A DNA stretch of 56,168 bases from a virus (Duplodnaviria > Caudoviricetes). The position numbers were made by a program, and so were the translations under genes. The notes beneath the pieces were generated by a model. The model was given only the letters and a program-made list of their open reading frames with translations, ran no database searches and was not told the DNA's origin. Position 1 is the stretch's first letter, and every line of letters begins with the position of its first letter. Positions 28,901-35,357 of the stretch are shown piece after piece. The stretch covers positions 1 through 56,168 of IMG/VR virus record IMGVR_UViG_3300034053_000011. The stretch is one strand, 5' to 3'.

Positions 28901-30529
28901 ACGGTATGGTTCATGGACAACGGGCAGAAGGTTGACTACAAGGTCGATGACCCTGCTGTACTGGAAGCCATCAACGGGCTGCAGTACGCTGGCCTACAGG
29001 GCCCGCTGTGGTCCATCCTGACGGCACCAAAGCATTGGCTCACCGTGGGCGTCACGGCGTCGCCGTTCTTCAAGGTGCGCAACCTGATCCGTGACTCGGT
29101 GCAGGCGATCGCCACTTCGGATCTCAGCTACAACATCGCGAACAATGTGATTGAAGGCGTCAAGCTCACCGCGCGCGATCGGCAGGAATACGTCTCGGCC
29201 CTGGCCGGCGGTGGCCTGATCCGCTTCGGCACCATGCTCGAGGGCAACGAGGCCAAGCGCACCCGGCAACTGATCCGCAAGGGTGCCAAAGACGCTGCCA
29301 TACTGGACAGCCAGGGTGCCTGGACGAAGTTCTACACCGCGGCTTTGGAGCCGGCGATAGAGGCCTACAACGAGCTCGGCAACCGCGGCGAAGAGATCAA
29401 CCGCATGTCGCTCTATAACCAGCTCATCAAGCAAGGCAAGGATCACGCGACGGCCAGCTTGATGGCTCGCGACCTGATGGATTTCAGTCTGCAAGGTTCG
29501 TTCGAGACGATCCGCATCCTGTCCCAGATCGTGCCGTTCTTCAACGCTCGGATGCAGGGCATGTATAAGCTCGGCCGAGCAACGAAGGAGAACCGAGCTC
29601 ACATGGCGACGGTGATCTTCACTGCCGCCCTTGCCAGTCTGGCGCTGATGGGGATGGCCGCCGGTGACGAGGACAAGTGGAAGAAGTGGAAGAAGCGCGA
29701 GGAGTGGGACAAGGCCAGCAACTGGTGGTTCGAGTTCGGCGGCGTGCAGTACCGCATCCCGAAGCCGTTCGAGTTGGGCACCGTGTCGCACATCATGGAA
29801 CGCACCGTCGAGGGTATGTTCGACAAGGAGCGTGATGCGGGCAAACGCACGGCCAAGGCTCTGATGGATGCCGCGATGAATCAGCTCTCAATGAACCCGG
29901 TGCCGCAGGCGTTCAAGCCGATCATCGACCTGTACGCCAACTACGACAGCTTCACCAAGCGCCCGATCGAAACGATGTCGATGCAGCGCCTGGACAAGGA
30001 CCAGCGTTACACGGCGCAGACCTCGATGCCGGCGCGCGCACTATCATCGACGGTGGGCGGTCTGTCACCGGTGCAATATGACCATCTGGTCAGGGCCTAC
30101 TTCGGTTGGCTCGGGGCGCTGTCTGTTGGTACGGCAGACATCGTGGCGCGGTCAGTCAATGATGAGCCGACGAAGCCGGCACTGGACTACTGGAAGTTCG
30201 CCACCGGTGGGCTCCTGCAAGAGGACCAGATTGCCAGTCGCTACACCTCGATGATGTACGACCAGGCGGCCGAGCTCGAGCAGGCGCACGCGACCTACAA
30301 CAAGCTGCGCAAGGACGGCAAACTGGACGAGGCCAAGGAGTACCGTGAGGACAACAAGGACAAGCTCAGCGCCTACCGTTCAGTCGAGAATGTCAAGAAG
30401 CAGGTTGCCACGATCAGCGAACGTATCCGCATGATCGAGCGCAGCAACATTCACCCGGCTGAGAAGCGGATCAAGATTCGAGAGTTGAAGCAGCGCCAGA
30501 GTGACATCGCCTCGAAGTTGAGTCAGTAA
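19937..30529 (+). CDS. Giant polyvalent (ejection/anti-host) protein, 3530 aa: HExxH metallopeptidase-like, HhH-GPD glycosylase-like, two ADP-ribosyltransferase-like, GNAT-like and C-terminal LPD38 domains
   Basis: NHEFSH (22385); GIDNKVMSF...DVLVLDRIQMR (24626-24709); VHYS...RLYFY...GFDGY (25610-25950); FKKWF.GSKVVD.NGKPL.VYHGT...QIKSA..N.G.F....DIRYS (27500-28033); W.....RIPKPFELG (LPD38). Confidence 0.85.
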   Translation: MAELDWSRAIPADNDFRDARDIQMGVEKPKSLDWSAAIEAPEVEQKPSGLLGVGEAIWTGTKNLIEMGRATGNVISGDNAAVEAGRERNLANEANSPLEKRQFMADYMARNKRDRGTDGDVSMLDAIGNLASSAWNNKMGFTQAMAEQAPNAVPVLAMGAAGAAAGAATPIPGGAIIGGFLGMALGNAGIEIGSKAIEKAEGGLTNEESSAALREGSVKGTVIAGVDLATLGIGGKAMKAIGGTAVKAGAMAEAKVLMDAGVDVTNPMAIASRLAADKALAASAKAAGTTAARDALTLGQKAGMAATGMGLETVGEGVGEYFGEMAATGKGNMGDAVLEAFMGAGQSSVETAYNFNKVGRNELDMRNILNAGSTEEAIQHARNALAQKTTAANVTAATDFEVTGDSVINEMAGGLDALQTFNNQTISEPNAAAAVADADQFVPGAVQPVPLEYRNQQIINATPETPPGITPPPYQRGTGGAISDASLPIIGQTPATAPTPAIEGAPKVSMYDQYLAIQAKVAKGATPTAFEAALLKNPPPSPATPTLELPAGKQQAGEGQAKLIQEVQRARQMARSAPQLEQDAAQDELAPAPVTMQTTPVQAPQPVKSVPTTQTQLEQQELVPRTSVKVGGVNADLMSNEELQAIVTNPKANKNTRRAAQEVLSTRFTPQRTDIAELERQQFPDVGETTNAPQATEAPVPALQEEAQPEPGVSRTVAKRSENLERMLRENPAEDRGIMAGEVDINSLGSEVSSLKTKRMGKLKARGIKALMALFGRKVVFFEASKDTAEGIHSDKNNRTIYVNVDSEVDTLAVVNHEFSHSFEKEHPAEYAKAVAATEALLRADGTRALKYATYYNKRDWIADGAVKDENVGDLARELIGDITGNEARTGEFWGDVFNEVALQNPTEARGIITRIRDAVVKFINKVIAATPKGGFQLEGVGFTREDLKEIRDQVVQMAAKSMVKAERVRLGLEQDTAAGDGVVREAANRKQKVAVAKGAKAGFSTDNKVGVAVSASYKPGRNYGTVVYPENGGNLVRLHERMLVITRSADFDRLLESIGLKSFGAQTTIRGMWDREPEWTQVLRLKQLNGTPATFEQTRAVANLLGWATQQDAAITSMVVDKPVDGQYNIPSLYFGKEDGTPMTAAEIDTALAAFGKVTPGASVTPDGKTVKFLFFPDEKSKLSETDQQIQFGKNLQAVAVSVNLSPDYLLAFTNSSLDEFNKRTNENENRGYLGRNEGYWGKAAKGLGPRAIQGGIGGRTVDVVLVPYIAAVRAEGFGFDYDLWQQRNKATAAEVAELREKVAAYEQQNKHGLKPRLRETIDISNLPEVSIEAQITQKTNEANAENQLGILDKLKQQFPNAVESAREWLTMAAHAFGSNDVPVAPRNLINLMQDSGAGILEQLRQLTPGQIKDATSGFNNAAEFLQLYTSGKVKVETTGKLMLWSFLSRGVSPYIQEAMFVDSVRGVEPFIQQAARGEFGPAELANYIEWADGIAKSNGAGAPGNATKHNLNAFGKSFLIGMSQKAANGKTKLQHLHDMLSDKSMTGRDIRREFVRMSEGVGIDNKVMSFTLLVTGRTDVLVLDRIQMRNLFDDGSFAGYNLYDGTRNTKLVTDAKDKTKRTIHEAISQREGETDEEFDNRVDQAMRNLAKQLKIKPSAIEAERAIEPGTGLASMTTGVRGLMLYEFFEDKLLKILPDVYQKLGRPQDASPGRYHWESWVVVSGQEASHGTLDSLLYEAEGQENAFADVTVKQGEYSQKDYGVRYGRDVKGNPYYLYENSAGTQYKLTHDAWRALLKSIDRIKGRAAGFLLSRDEQGNARTQPWYFDSRIDRAKIDAELQQLGEPHDGQGTGSARRSNARSSEYDRTGSAAEGRPSYGRGREGAVQATGVHYSKAQRGELSSRFFGTGMKGEEGARISYAKDERIKNRLYFYINTGRGVVPESDVGAHAHTVDLQNLYDLDSDPLELYPRSDPTKDQRDQPLADERMNSFESKVLDAGFDGYLTRDFGTGGAVVLLGDHSVPVQYEGSGVKPDAQAFSEPVTLRGWRELQDKVTKNNSLPNGSMMGADWKRMMPKLMPELDVSHLPDERRFYKDQLVKRPEARMSNRRVVDVFKTLAKDEEAFKYPVQTSMDLGEVVKGIDPAFKVYPVGSDHWSVDEAKADEGWIIVAPDKKDGWVFRKGNDVWINVASFGSGQSRGTVVYQAVGDWVYNNGFKFLGDPAGISYFGATRRIENLISSALKHGTTEHLRPHPGNFDHVPPNDLADHSEIKWEEGAHDQNLEKLILASYAAVIDSYPEIKDVRFIPATGRFERAGTPLVDEDIQQLIADNPASAGLGKVFGVSSFKRSVLVDTVLRETGGEGRGGILGELERQLQSTGSVPGLGKVLYSNARALPNDTPVNRTLDGAKLQALRRAAADLERPKDGVYLRITEDGRAIATGPKGTRIPETFRRFARDNDLAFFAERDIGVSIYSKAPQTTKSEPMSIDYRESGALYFGEMGDAKLDRTERTRFSFKRVDTNSPEFKKWFSGSKVVDANGKPLRVYHGTRLDSPIDQFDGLNYSGWFSSAPETANTYAGGYSGEQIDEGSVYPTYLAIRNPIDLRNRGFDLNDDADIQGLIEAIPEVDMRTFKTHEGAWEVWEIINSLDFREAAEAAGFDGLIAPENRVTTYAAFFPSQIKSAISNTGAFSDTNPDIRYSTNRLIGNSGRQYTPEQEAMHQRVGRVVDEKTILERLKDYIQKRWRQGIFDQFAPFYGTQAYTLMRLSKGSTGAFEAFMKHGKLSLRDGAYDADTTGGVIENVFHPLGKETTDFLYWIAGNRAERLVAEGKERLFTNADIQAAKSLADGQLDFDYILRNGTVTRSRKAAYMDSLVKFNEFNKNVMDMAEQSGLIDGAARHLWEHEFYVPFYRVMEDENTRAMGIKKGIVRQEAFKKLKGGEEQLGDLLMNTLLNWHHLVDAASKNRAAKAALETAQQLGIASPAVTGETKTVWFMDNGQKVDYKVDDPAVLEAINGLQYAGLQGPLWSILTAPKHWLTVGVTASPFFKVRNLIRDSVQAIATSDLSYNIANNVIEGVKLTARDRQEYVSALAGGGLIRFGTMLEGNEAKRTRQLIRKGAKDAAILDSQGAWTKFYTAALEPAIEAYNELGNRGEEINRMSLYNQLIKQGKDHATASLMARDLMDFSLQGSFETIRILSQIVPFFNARMQGMYKLGRATKENRAHMATVIFTAALASLALMGMAAGDEDKWKKWKKREEWDKASNWWFEFGGVQYRIPKPFELGTVSHIMERTVEGMFDKERDAGKRTAKALMDAAMNQLSMNPVPQAFKPIIDLYANYDSFTKRPIETMSMQRLDKDQRYTAQTSMPARALSSTVGGLSPVQYDHLVRAYFGWLGALSVGTADIVARSVNDEPTKPALDYWKFATGGLLQEDQIASRYTSMMYDQAAELEQAHATYNKLRKDGKLDEAKEYREDNKDKLSAYRSVENVKKQVATISERIRMIERSNIHPAEKRIKIRELKQRQSDIASKLSQ
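22008..22109 (+). CDS. Nested +1-frame ORF A, 33 aa, with a CxxC-x3-H-x5-C motif
   Basis: AGGAG RBS at 21994-21998, then MPLKPQKPRCPHCKKKHSPSRECPAQSQSAPKT*. Confidence 0.45.
   Translation: MPLKPQKPRCPHCKKKHSPSRECPAQSQSAPKT
23622..23828 (+). CDS. Nested +1-frame ORF B, 68 aa
   Basis: AAGAGG RBS, then MKTADILAAMKATGGRLLKDSDPELYKAELAGG...; possible promoter TTGCAG-17-TAATCT at 23525-23553. Confidence 0.5.
   Translation: MKTADILAAMKATGGRLLKDSDPELYKAELAGGPSMSFSSRTSPPSEPKDSDSTTTSGNSETRQPQQK
25419..25446 (+). promoter_or_regulatory. Internal sigma70-like promoter for nested ORF C
   Basis: TTGACT-16-TAAGAT, ending 32 nt before the ATG at 25479. Confidence 0.5.
25479..25643 (+). CDS. Nested +1-frame ORF C, 54 aa, helical and charged
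   Basis: AGGAG RBS, then MTDKEQDQPADPMRGAVNMIEQALRRKDAQVMVEVEKERSRLRESTTPKPSEES*. Confidence 0.55.
   Translation: MTDKEQDQPADPMRGAVNMIEQALRRKDAQVMVEVEKERSRLRESTTPKPSEES
26841..27089 (+). CDS. Nested +1-frame ORF D, 82 aa
   Basis: GGAG RBS, then MSALYLQPEGLNELELRLWTKIF...VLARYLESH...EGVEYWASW... Confidence 0.5.
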   Translation: MSALYLQPEGLNELELRLWTKIFSSSSPTTPPALVLARYLESHRSREACSSIPFYAKREAKEGVEYWASWSVSYNPPAPYLV

Positions 30530-30648
30530 GTCCCGGGGTCTGCCACCGGCAGGTAGACCCCGAACCAACTCAGAACCAGGGCTACAATGTTCCACGCGCA
30601 CCCGAGCAGGGCGATGAAGAGCATTGTGCCGAAGAACTGGTTGTCCAT
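30523..30648 (-). CDS. Small membrane protein (41 aa) convergent with the giant gene
   Basis: MDNQFFGTMLFIALLGCAWNIVALVLSWFGVYLPVADPGTY*; GAGG RBS; TATACT just upstream. Confidence 0.55.
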   Translation of the reverse strand: MDNQFFGTMLFIALLGCAWNIVALVLSWFGVYLPVADPGTY

Positions 30649-30841
30649 CGCCTCAGTATAGCTGTCACTCTATGCCATTTTCACGAAAATATCTTTCGTT
30701 TTCTAATCTCTCAAGTTCCTTCCGCCTCTGTGTTATCGCAGACTCATCGATGAGGTTCTGATTGTATTTAGGCGAGAATTTTCGTATAGACAGTCAAGCG
30801 CGAGTTGGGCCTGATTTCCGGTGTTTTCAGCCACGCTCTCA

Positions 30842-31131
30842 AGGAAGGCTGGGTATGAAAAGGACAATCGCCAAGTAACCGCCGCCATTAACGCAAAAAA
30901 AAACGTGCAAAACGTAGGCGTGCGTGCCCATTGTTCTCAGATCATGAGCAAGTTGCTTTGATGTATAAGATAGCGAAATCACTTTCTCGGGTTCATGGCA
31001 TAGAGTACCATGTTGACCACATTGTTCCTTTGGCTGGTAAAGATGTATCTGGTCTTCATGTCCATTGGAACCTTCAAGTCATTCCAGCTTCCGAGAACCT
31101 AAAAAAGTCTAATATTTGGGGACCGGTGTAA
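30842..31131 (+). pseudogene. Frameshifted HNH endonuclease remnant
   Basis: ...[16 protein letters not shown] / [11 protein letters not shown]...[36 protein letters not shown] is broken at an A9 run (30895-30903); a stop lies upstream and there is no clear start. Confidence 0.7.
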
Positions 31132-31390
31132 TCTCCAACCACTTGTCCAGGTAATGCTTGGCTTTCTCCACATCCTGCCGCTTGTTTCCCTTGTCACGGG
31201 CTAGGTACTTCACTGCGTTCATCAGCAGGTAGTCTGGGAACGACTCAGGGAACCATGACTGCATCGCATCCCAAGGTTGCACATCAAGACGGGTGTAGTG
31301 ATCGCCACCAATCATCGTCTTGGATACTTTATCTTCCAATAGGTGATTGTCTGGATCAATGTAGTCGTTTGGCATTGACGCGAAACTCAT
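31109..31390 (-). CDS. DUF3310-family protein
   Basis: GGDHY...QPWD...NAVKYL.R...DVEKAKHYL motif. Confidence 0.8.
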   Translation of the reverse strand: MSFASMPNDYIDPDNHLLEDKVSKTMIGGDHYTRLDVQPWDAMQSWFPESFPDYLLMNAVKYLARDKGNKRQDVEKAKHYLDKWLEITPVPKY

Positions 31391-31923
31391 AGCTTAACCC
31401 CCTGCGCAGACGTGTCCTTGTTGTACCGACCGATGGTTGCGTAGCTGCGCTCCTTGGGTACAGGTGCCACCCGATGGAACAACATCTGCCCGATCGGCAT
31501 ACCATGCGTCAGTCGGATACTGTGGTGCCGTAACTCGTTCTTGAGTTCCAACGTCAATGCGCTCCCATGCCAACCCGGATCACAATGACAGGCAAACAGG
31601 TTGTTCAGGCCGGATCGAGCACCACTGGACTTCAGCCGAAACTCTGCACTGATGTCTGACGGCAGGTTGAATATCTCCCGCGTCGCAGCAAGGACAAACT
31701 CACCGGGGCGCAGATCGTAATAGAAGTTGGCGATGGTGATACCAACCGATGCCCACATGCTACGTTGCGCGATATCAACGATATTGTCGCTGTCAGACTC
31801 AATGATGAGTTTGTCCCCCAGATGTACGTCGATGGACGTAGCGTTAATGTCCATCGGATCGACACCCGTGATTACGTTGTCTTCAACTAGACGACATAGT
31901 TCGTTGTAACTAAGCAGCGGCAT
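31387..31923 (-). CDS. dcd: dCTP deaminase
   Basis: SIDVHLG, PGEFVLA.T.E, KSS.AR.GL, DPGW.G..LTLE, IGQMLF, Y...GRY. Confidence 0.9.
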   Translation of the reverse strand: MPLLSYNELCRLVEDNVITGVDPMDINATSIDVHLGDKLIIESDSDNIVDIAQRSMWASVGITIANFYYDLRPGEFVLAATREIFNLPSDISAEFRLKSSGARSGLNNLFACHCDPGWHGSALTLELKNELRHHSIRLTHGMPIGQMLFHRVAPVPKERSYATIGRYNKDTSAQGVKL

Positions 31924-32281
31924 ACTCTTCCTTTCGTTTGAATGGTGTTAACTTGTCAGCACTATTGCGGTTGCGTGACGCGCAGGAGACAGAACAGAAC
32001 TGCTGACCGACCGTTGCCGGTTTATACATGGTTCCACAGTGCTGACAAGGACGTGGTTCACTGTTGGCGTCACGCTGCTTGCGTTTCTTTTCCCGATACC
32101 GGAGCGCCTTGGCACGTTGGCTGTTGTGTAGCCTGATCTCCTTGCACGCTGCACAGCAGTGCCTGACCTTGCTGTGCTTGTTGTTTCTCTCCGGCTCAAA
32201 CTTGCACCCGCACATATTGCACACGATGCGGGTATCCTTCTCGCCGATATTCAGGTTAGATAAAGCCAGTTTCCAAGTCAT
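31910..32281 (-). CDS. Cys-rich zinc-finger protein
   Basis: Two CxxCG..(F/Y).P...C...C modules; likely start MTWKL. Confidence 0.65.
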   Translation of the reverse strand: MTWKLALSNLNIGEKDTRIVCNMCGCKFEPERNNKHSKVRHCCAACKEIRLHNSQRAKALRYREKKRKQRDANSEPRPCQHCGTMYKPATVGQQFCSVSCASRNRNSADKLTPFKRKEEYAAA

Positions 32282-32336
32282 TTCTTGTTCCCTTGCATGA
32301 TTAGCGCGAAGGCACGCCATAGGCCAAACGAGACAC

Positions 32337-32460
32337 CGACAACCTCTCCTTTCGATAATCCCGTTGGGATACGTCTGCTGTATCTAGCTAGTTGTTTGTC
32401 GCGTTTGTGCCTCGCTGGTAGATTGGCGGACGTTTTTTTGGGGTCTACTTCGTGTTGGGC
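32337..32460 (+). other. Degenerate long attC-like hairpin
   Basis: Outer CGACAAC...GTTGGGC boxes; inner arms ACGTCTGC..ATCTA / TAGAT..GCGGACGT; the adjacent minus-strand gene ends ...PNTK* in the R box. Confidence 0.45.
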
Positions 32461-32804
32461 GTCATGTCCTTCGGTGGGAAGAAGCCGTAGCGTGAATGGA
32501 TGTCCAGCACCAGCTTGTCGTAATCAACCTTCACGTCAGGACGGAACGCTGCCATGTGCCGCTGGAACCGCACCAAGAACTCACGCTCTGCCGCCCTCAC
32601 GACCTCTTTCAATATTGAGCGAAACACTGCCTCACCTGGGTGTGACGTGAAGTTAGTCGCCAGCGTGTAAGGGCCGCAACTGGCATATCCAGGGGGTGGT
32701 GTTGGTTTGTACCGCTCAAGCGCAGCGCGGAGACTTGCATTAACCGCCTGCGTGTTAATGAGGTCTTTCACATCATCCTCGGTCAGTTCAATTTGCAACT
32801 TCAT
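32445..32804 (-). CDS. Hypothetical protein between attC-like sites
   Basis: 119 aa; AGGTGA RBS. Confidence 0.65.
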   Translation of the reverse strand: MKLQIELTEDDVKDLINTQAVNASLRAALERYKPTPPPGYASCGPYTLATNFTSHPGEAVFRSILKEVVRAAEREFLVRFQRHMAAFRPDVKVDYDKLVLDIHSRYGFFPPKDMTPNTK

Positions 32805-32824
32805 CTCATCACCTTTGTTTCGCC

Positions 32825-32883
32825 GCCCAACCCATCCTTCAACCGGACCCGCTGAAGCGGGCCGGTTAAGTCAGACGTTAGGT
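32825..32883 (+). other. Integron attC recombination site (59-base element)
   Basis: R'' GCCCAAC, 5-nt spacer, L'' CTT(C)AACC, GG(A)CCCGC-TGAA-GCGGGCC, L' GGTTAAG, 6-nt spacer, R' GTTAGGT. It is exactly 59 bp with both extrahelical bases. Confidence 0.85.
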
Positions 32884-33071
32884 ACCGTTAGCAGTCCCCA
32901 ATGACTGAACCACTCGTGTTGCTGATCTACGTTTAAATCCCACGCCATCTCTAGCGCACGGCAATCAACGACCCCGTTTTCCAGCACGTTTGCCGAAAAA
33001 ACATCATCGTCGTACCAAATTACAATCCGCCCGCGTGGCGGCTTCATGCTCGTGGTTTTAATCCAGTCCAT
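32871..33071 (-). CDS. DUF551-like small protein
   Basis: M.WIK.....PP start and SHW..L..P end; its stop lies within the attC. Confidence 0.6.
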   Translation of the reverse strand: MDWIKTTSMKPPRGRIVIWYDDDVFSANVLENGVVDCRALEMAWDLNVDQQHEWFSHWGLLTVPNV

Positions 33072-33097
33072 TTTCTTGATCTCTATGCCATCCCCAG

Positions 33098-33128
33098 ACT
33101 GCACCGCCCCTGAATTCACACGTTGGGC
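33098..33128 (+). other. attC right half-site (L'-spacer-R')
   Basis: GCCCCTGAATTCACACGTTGGGC, 2 bp from the stop of the neighbouring gene. Confidence 0.6.
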
Positions 33129-33129
33129 C

Positions 33130-33303
33130 TCAACACCCTCCCAACGCTTCCCAAAAAATGCGCCGCATCTCCCGGTCATCCTCTGGTTCGTCTTGCGGAT
33201 CCATCCCTCCGATAGGGTTCTGCATTAACCCTTTAAGCCACTCAGCCTCACGTTCGTTCAGCACAAGCGTTATGGTTTGAGTAATTTTAGTGTTCGTCTG
33301 CAT
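33130..33303 (-). CDS. Hypothetical protein
   Basis: MQTNTKITQTITLVLNEREAEWLK...; AGAGG RBS. Confidence 0.65.
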   Translation of the reverse strand: MQTNTKITQTITLVLNEREAEWLKGLMQNPIGGMDPQDEPEDDREMRRIFWEALGGC

Positions 33304-33316
33304 GATGTTTAATCCT

Positions 33317-33490
33317 CTAAAAATTAACATTTACGTCCATTGCCTTTGGCCGTTGAGCCAGGCGCTTGTTTTTTGCCAGCTTCACCCAAACCCAAGGCGC
33401 CTCAAATAGAAAACGAACAACGCCGTTTGATTTTCCTTCGCGGCTTCGTCGCCGGTTTATCCAGCGCTTTATTTCCTTCGGTGCTTTCAT
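33317..33490 (-). CDS. Basic hypothetical protein
   Basis: MKAPKEIKRW...; GGAGG RBS. Confidence 0.55.
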   Translation of the reverse strand: MKAPKEIKRWINRRRSREGKSNGVVRFLFEAPWVWVKLAKNKRLAQRPKAMDVNVNF

Positions 33491-33547
33491 CGCGTCCTCC
33501 CGTATAACTTTGCGTAATCCATGATGCTCCCCTTTCTCCAAAATGCC

Positions 33548-33587
33548 GTCCAACCCTACGCTCAAGCGGGGCTGCGTCAGGTTGGCC
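33548..33587 (+). other. attC left half-site (R''-spacer-L'')
   Basis: GTCCAAC-CCTAC-GCTCAAGC-GGGGCTGCG; the right arm is deleted. Confidence 0.6.
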
Positions 33588-33611
33588 CGGACGTACTTCA
33601 CGCATGTCTCG

Positions 33612-33926
33612 TTAATCTTGTCCGAGCACCAAGCCATACCGTTGTATTTCTCTATCTACCGCAGCTCCAAAATCGTACAAACTACTATCTGCCGGATTGC
33701 GACGTACTGTAATAGTGAATATAGGGCCGTGCGCATCGGCCTCTTGTTTTACGTTATTCGCCAACCACTGGTATCGATCGGCTGCCTTTTTATAAACGGG
33801 TGCCGCAGGCTCTGCATTTTCTATTTGGGCAATTGCAGCCTGAAGATTGATAATTGTTTGTGTACGTAATACCCCAAAGTCTTGTACATCTTCAAGAACT
33901 TGCTTCATCGTATCTAGTGGTGTCAT
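33612..33926 (-). CDS. Hypothetical protein
   Basis: MTPLDTMKQVLE after AAGGAG; ADRYQWL...D.AVD motif common in phage early genes. Confidence 0.65.
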   Translation of the reverse strand: MTPLDTMKQVLEDVQDFGVLRTQTIINLQAAIAQIENAEPAAPVYKKAADRYQWLANNVKQEADAHGPIFTITVRRNPADSSLYDFGAAVDREIQRYGLVLGQD

Positions 33927-33979
33927 TGCTTCTCCTTTAGTTAGATTAGGTGCCGCCTCCGAGTTTCCACACTCTTTCC

Positions 33980-34252
33980 TTAACACCTTTTGTTACCTTT
34001 GGTTAAAAGGATTTGGAGGCGGCGTTGATCGTAATACTCAAGCAAGCTGCGGGGCAGGTTTTCCCGACCAGCGCCTTTGCTCCTTTCGTAAAAGTGAGGC
34101 CGCTTGCTTGAGTTCGTTTGTAGGGTGAGGGGTTGGTTTACTTGTCCTGCTGCTCTGAGGCACGGGCACTGGAGCATCGCATCTCCCAACCTAGTCCCTT
34201 CCACTGGCCTTTTGGTTCCTCTGGTTTCAAGAACCAACCCCTCGTAAAACAT
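33980..34252 (-). CDS. Hypothetical protein
   Basis: MFYEGLVLE after GAGGAG. Confidence 0.5.
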   Translation of the reverse strand: MFYEGLVLETRGTKRPVEGTRLGDAMLQCPCLRAAGQVNQPLTLQTNSSKRPHFYERSKGAGRENLPRSLLEYYDQRRLQILLTKGNKRC

Positions 34253-34488
34253 CACACTCTCCTCGGCTTCATAGCCTTGCCGTACGACGTTGCGTAGGTG
34301 CAATACTCACCCTCTCTTGTTGATGACGTGCTGATAACCTGCTGCCCTTGAACTACTGGACAGACCTTCTGCACCGGAGGGAGAGGTTTGGCTTCACCCA
34401 ACATCAGACCAAGAGCGAAGCATCCACCGGCAAAACTGGCAATCACGATGGCTTTGTCCCAAGTCATACCATCCTCCGTATTTCGCAA
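34252..34488 (-). CDS. Small protein with an N-terminal transmembrane helix
   Basis: Hydrophobic stretch AIVIASFAGGCFALGLMLG; likely start MTWDK after GGAGG. Confidence 0.55.
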   Translation of the reverse strand: MRNTEDGMTWDKAIVIASFAGGCFALGLMLGEAKPLPPVQKVCPVVQGQQVISTSSTREGEYCTYATSYGKAMKPRRV

Positions 34489-34622
34489 AGCTGCACTTCA
34501 CACAGCCAGCGGTTGTAATCCTGCGTCAGCCGCCGGATATTCTCGGGGTTGCGTCCCGTGGAACGGGTGATAGCTAACTCGAACTCGGTCAGCCACAGCA
34601 TCAGTGCGTAGAAATATTTCAT
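34464..34622 (-). CDS. Hypothetical protein
   Basis: MKYFYALMLW...; coupled to its neighbours. Confidence 0.45.
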   Translation of the reverse strand: MKYFYALMLWLTEFELAITRSTGRNPENIRRLTQDYNRWLCEVQLCEIRRMV

Positions 34623-34906
34623 GGAAGCACCCATTGATCCCCAGACTGACACTTACCGTCGATGTAGAGTTGCCCCGTAACAGAATCCACCAAGGCATCA
34701 CGCGAGGCCCACTTTGCCTCCCACATCTGGCGTGTCGAGACTCCTAGCCGGTAACGCACTTCACGGGTTACTGTGGGGAACTTCTGCCACATATGGAATA
34801 GACCGGAGCGGATCACACGGTTAGGCGTACATTCGGCATCCACATCCTTGTCCGTCAGTATGAGAGGTATCTTCCACACTTTAGACTTGTGTTTGCTAGG
34901 CATCAT
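34619..34906 (-). CDS. Hypothetical protein
   Basis: 95 aa; AAGGAGG RBS. Confidence 0.6.
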   Translation of the reverse strand: MMPSKHKSKVWKIPLILTDKDVDAECTPNRVIRSGLFHMWQKFPTVTREVRYRLGVSTRQMWEAKWASRDALVDSVTGQLYIDGKCQSGDQWVLP

Positions 34907-35181
34907 GTCCTCCTTACAGGTTGTATCACAGGACGCTTGACCGTTACGCCAAACTGCTTACGCATACTAGAGTCAAGCATGTTGAGCATGGCAAATGAGT
35001 CATCGTATTCCTCCTGCATCCCTTTCTCACGATAGCGGATACAGGAGTCACCGAGTTGCTTCAACTGCTCACGGTATGGCCCCGTCAGAGGATGGTTGAG
35101 CGCCAGGTATTCGACCATCTGCACGCCGCTATCTGTGCGCGACAGTACGGTGTGATCGGTGCATTTGCTGTCAGTGGTCAT
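34903..35181 (-). CDS. Hypothetical protein
   Basis: 92 aa; ATGA overlaps. Confidence 0.6.
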   Translation of the reverse strand: MTTDSKCTDHTVLSRTDSGVQMVEYLALNHPLTGPYREQLKQLGDSCIRYREKGMQEEYDDSFAMLNMLDSSMRKQFGVTVKRPVIQPVRRT

Positions 35182-35357
35182 TTTTGATCCCTGATTCGTT
35201 GGTCAATGTACTCGCACAAAGTCAGTTCAGTGTAGTCTGGGTTGAAGTGCAACCCAGGTTCTGCGTTATGGGGCCAGAACCCATCAGGGTCTTTTTTGTC
35301 ATGCTCCATGTAGTAGCAGTTAGTAACTAACCAGTCCATGCGGTCTTTGTCGGTCAT
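35178..35357 (-). CDS. Hypothetical protein (59 aa, not in the ORF track)
   Basis: MTDKDRMDWLVTN...LCEYIDQRIRDQK*; GAGG RBS; overlaps both neighbours by 4 nt. Confidence 0.65.
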   Translation of the reverse strand: MTDKDRMDWLVTNCYYMEHDKKDPDGFWPHNAEPGLHFNPDYTELTLCEYIDQRIRDQK

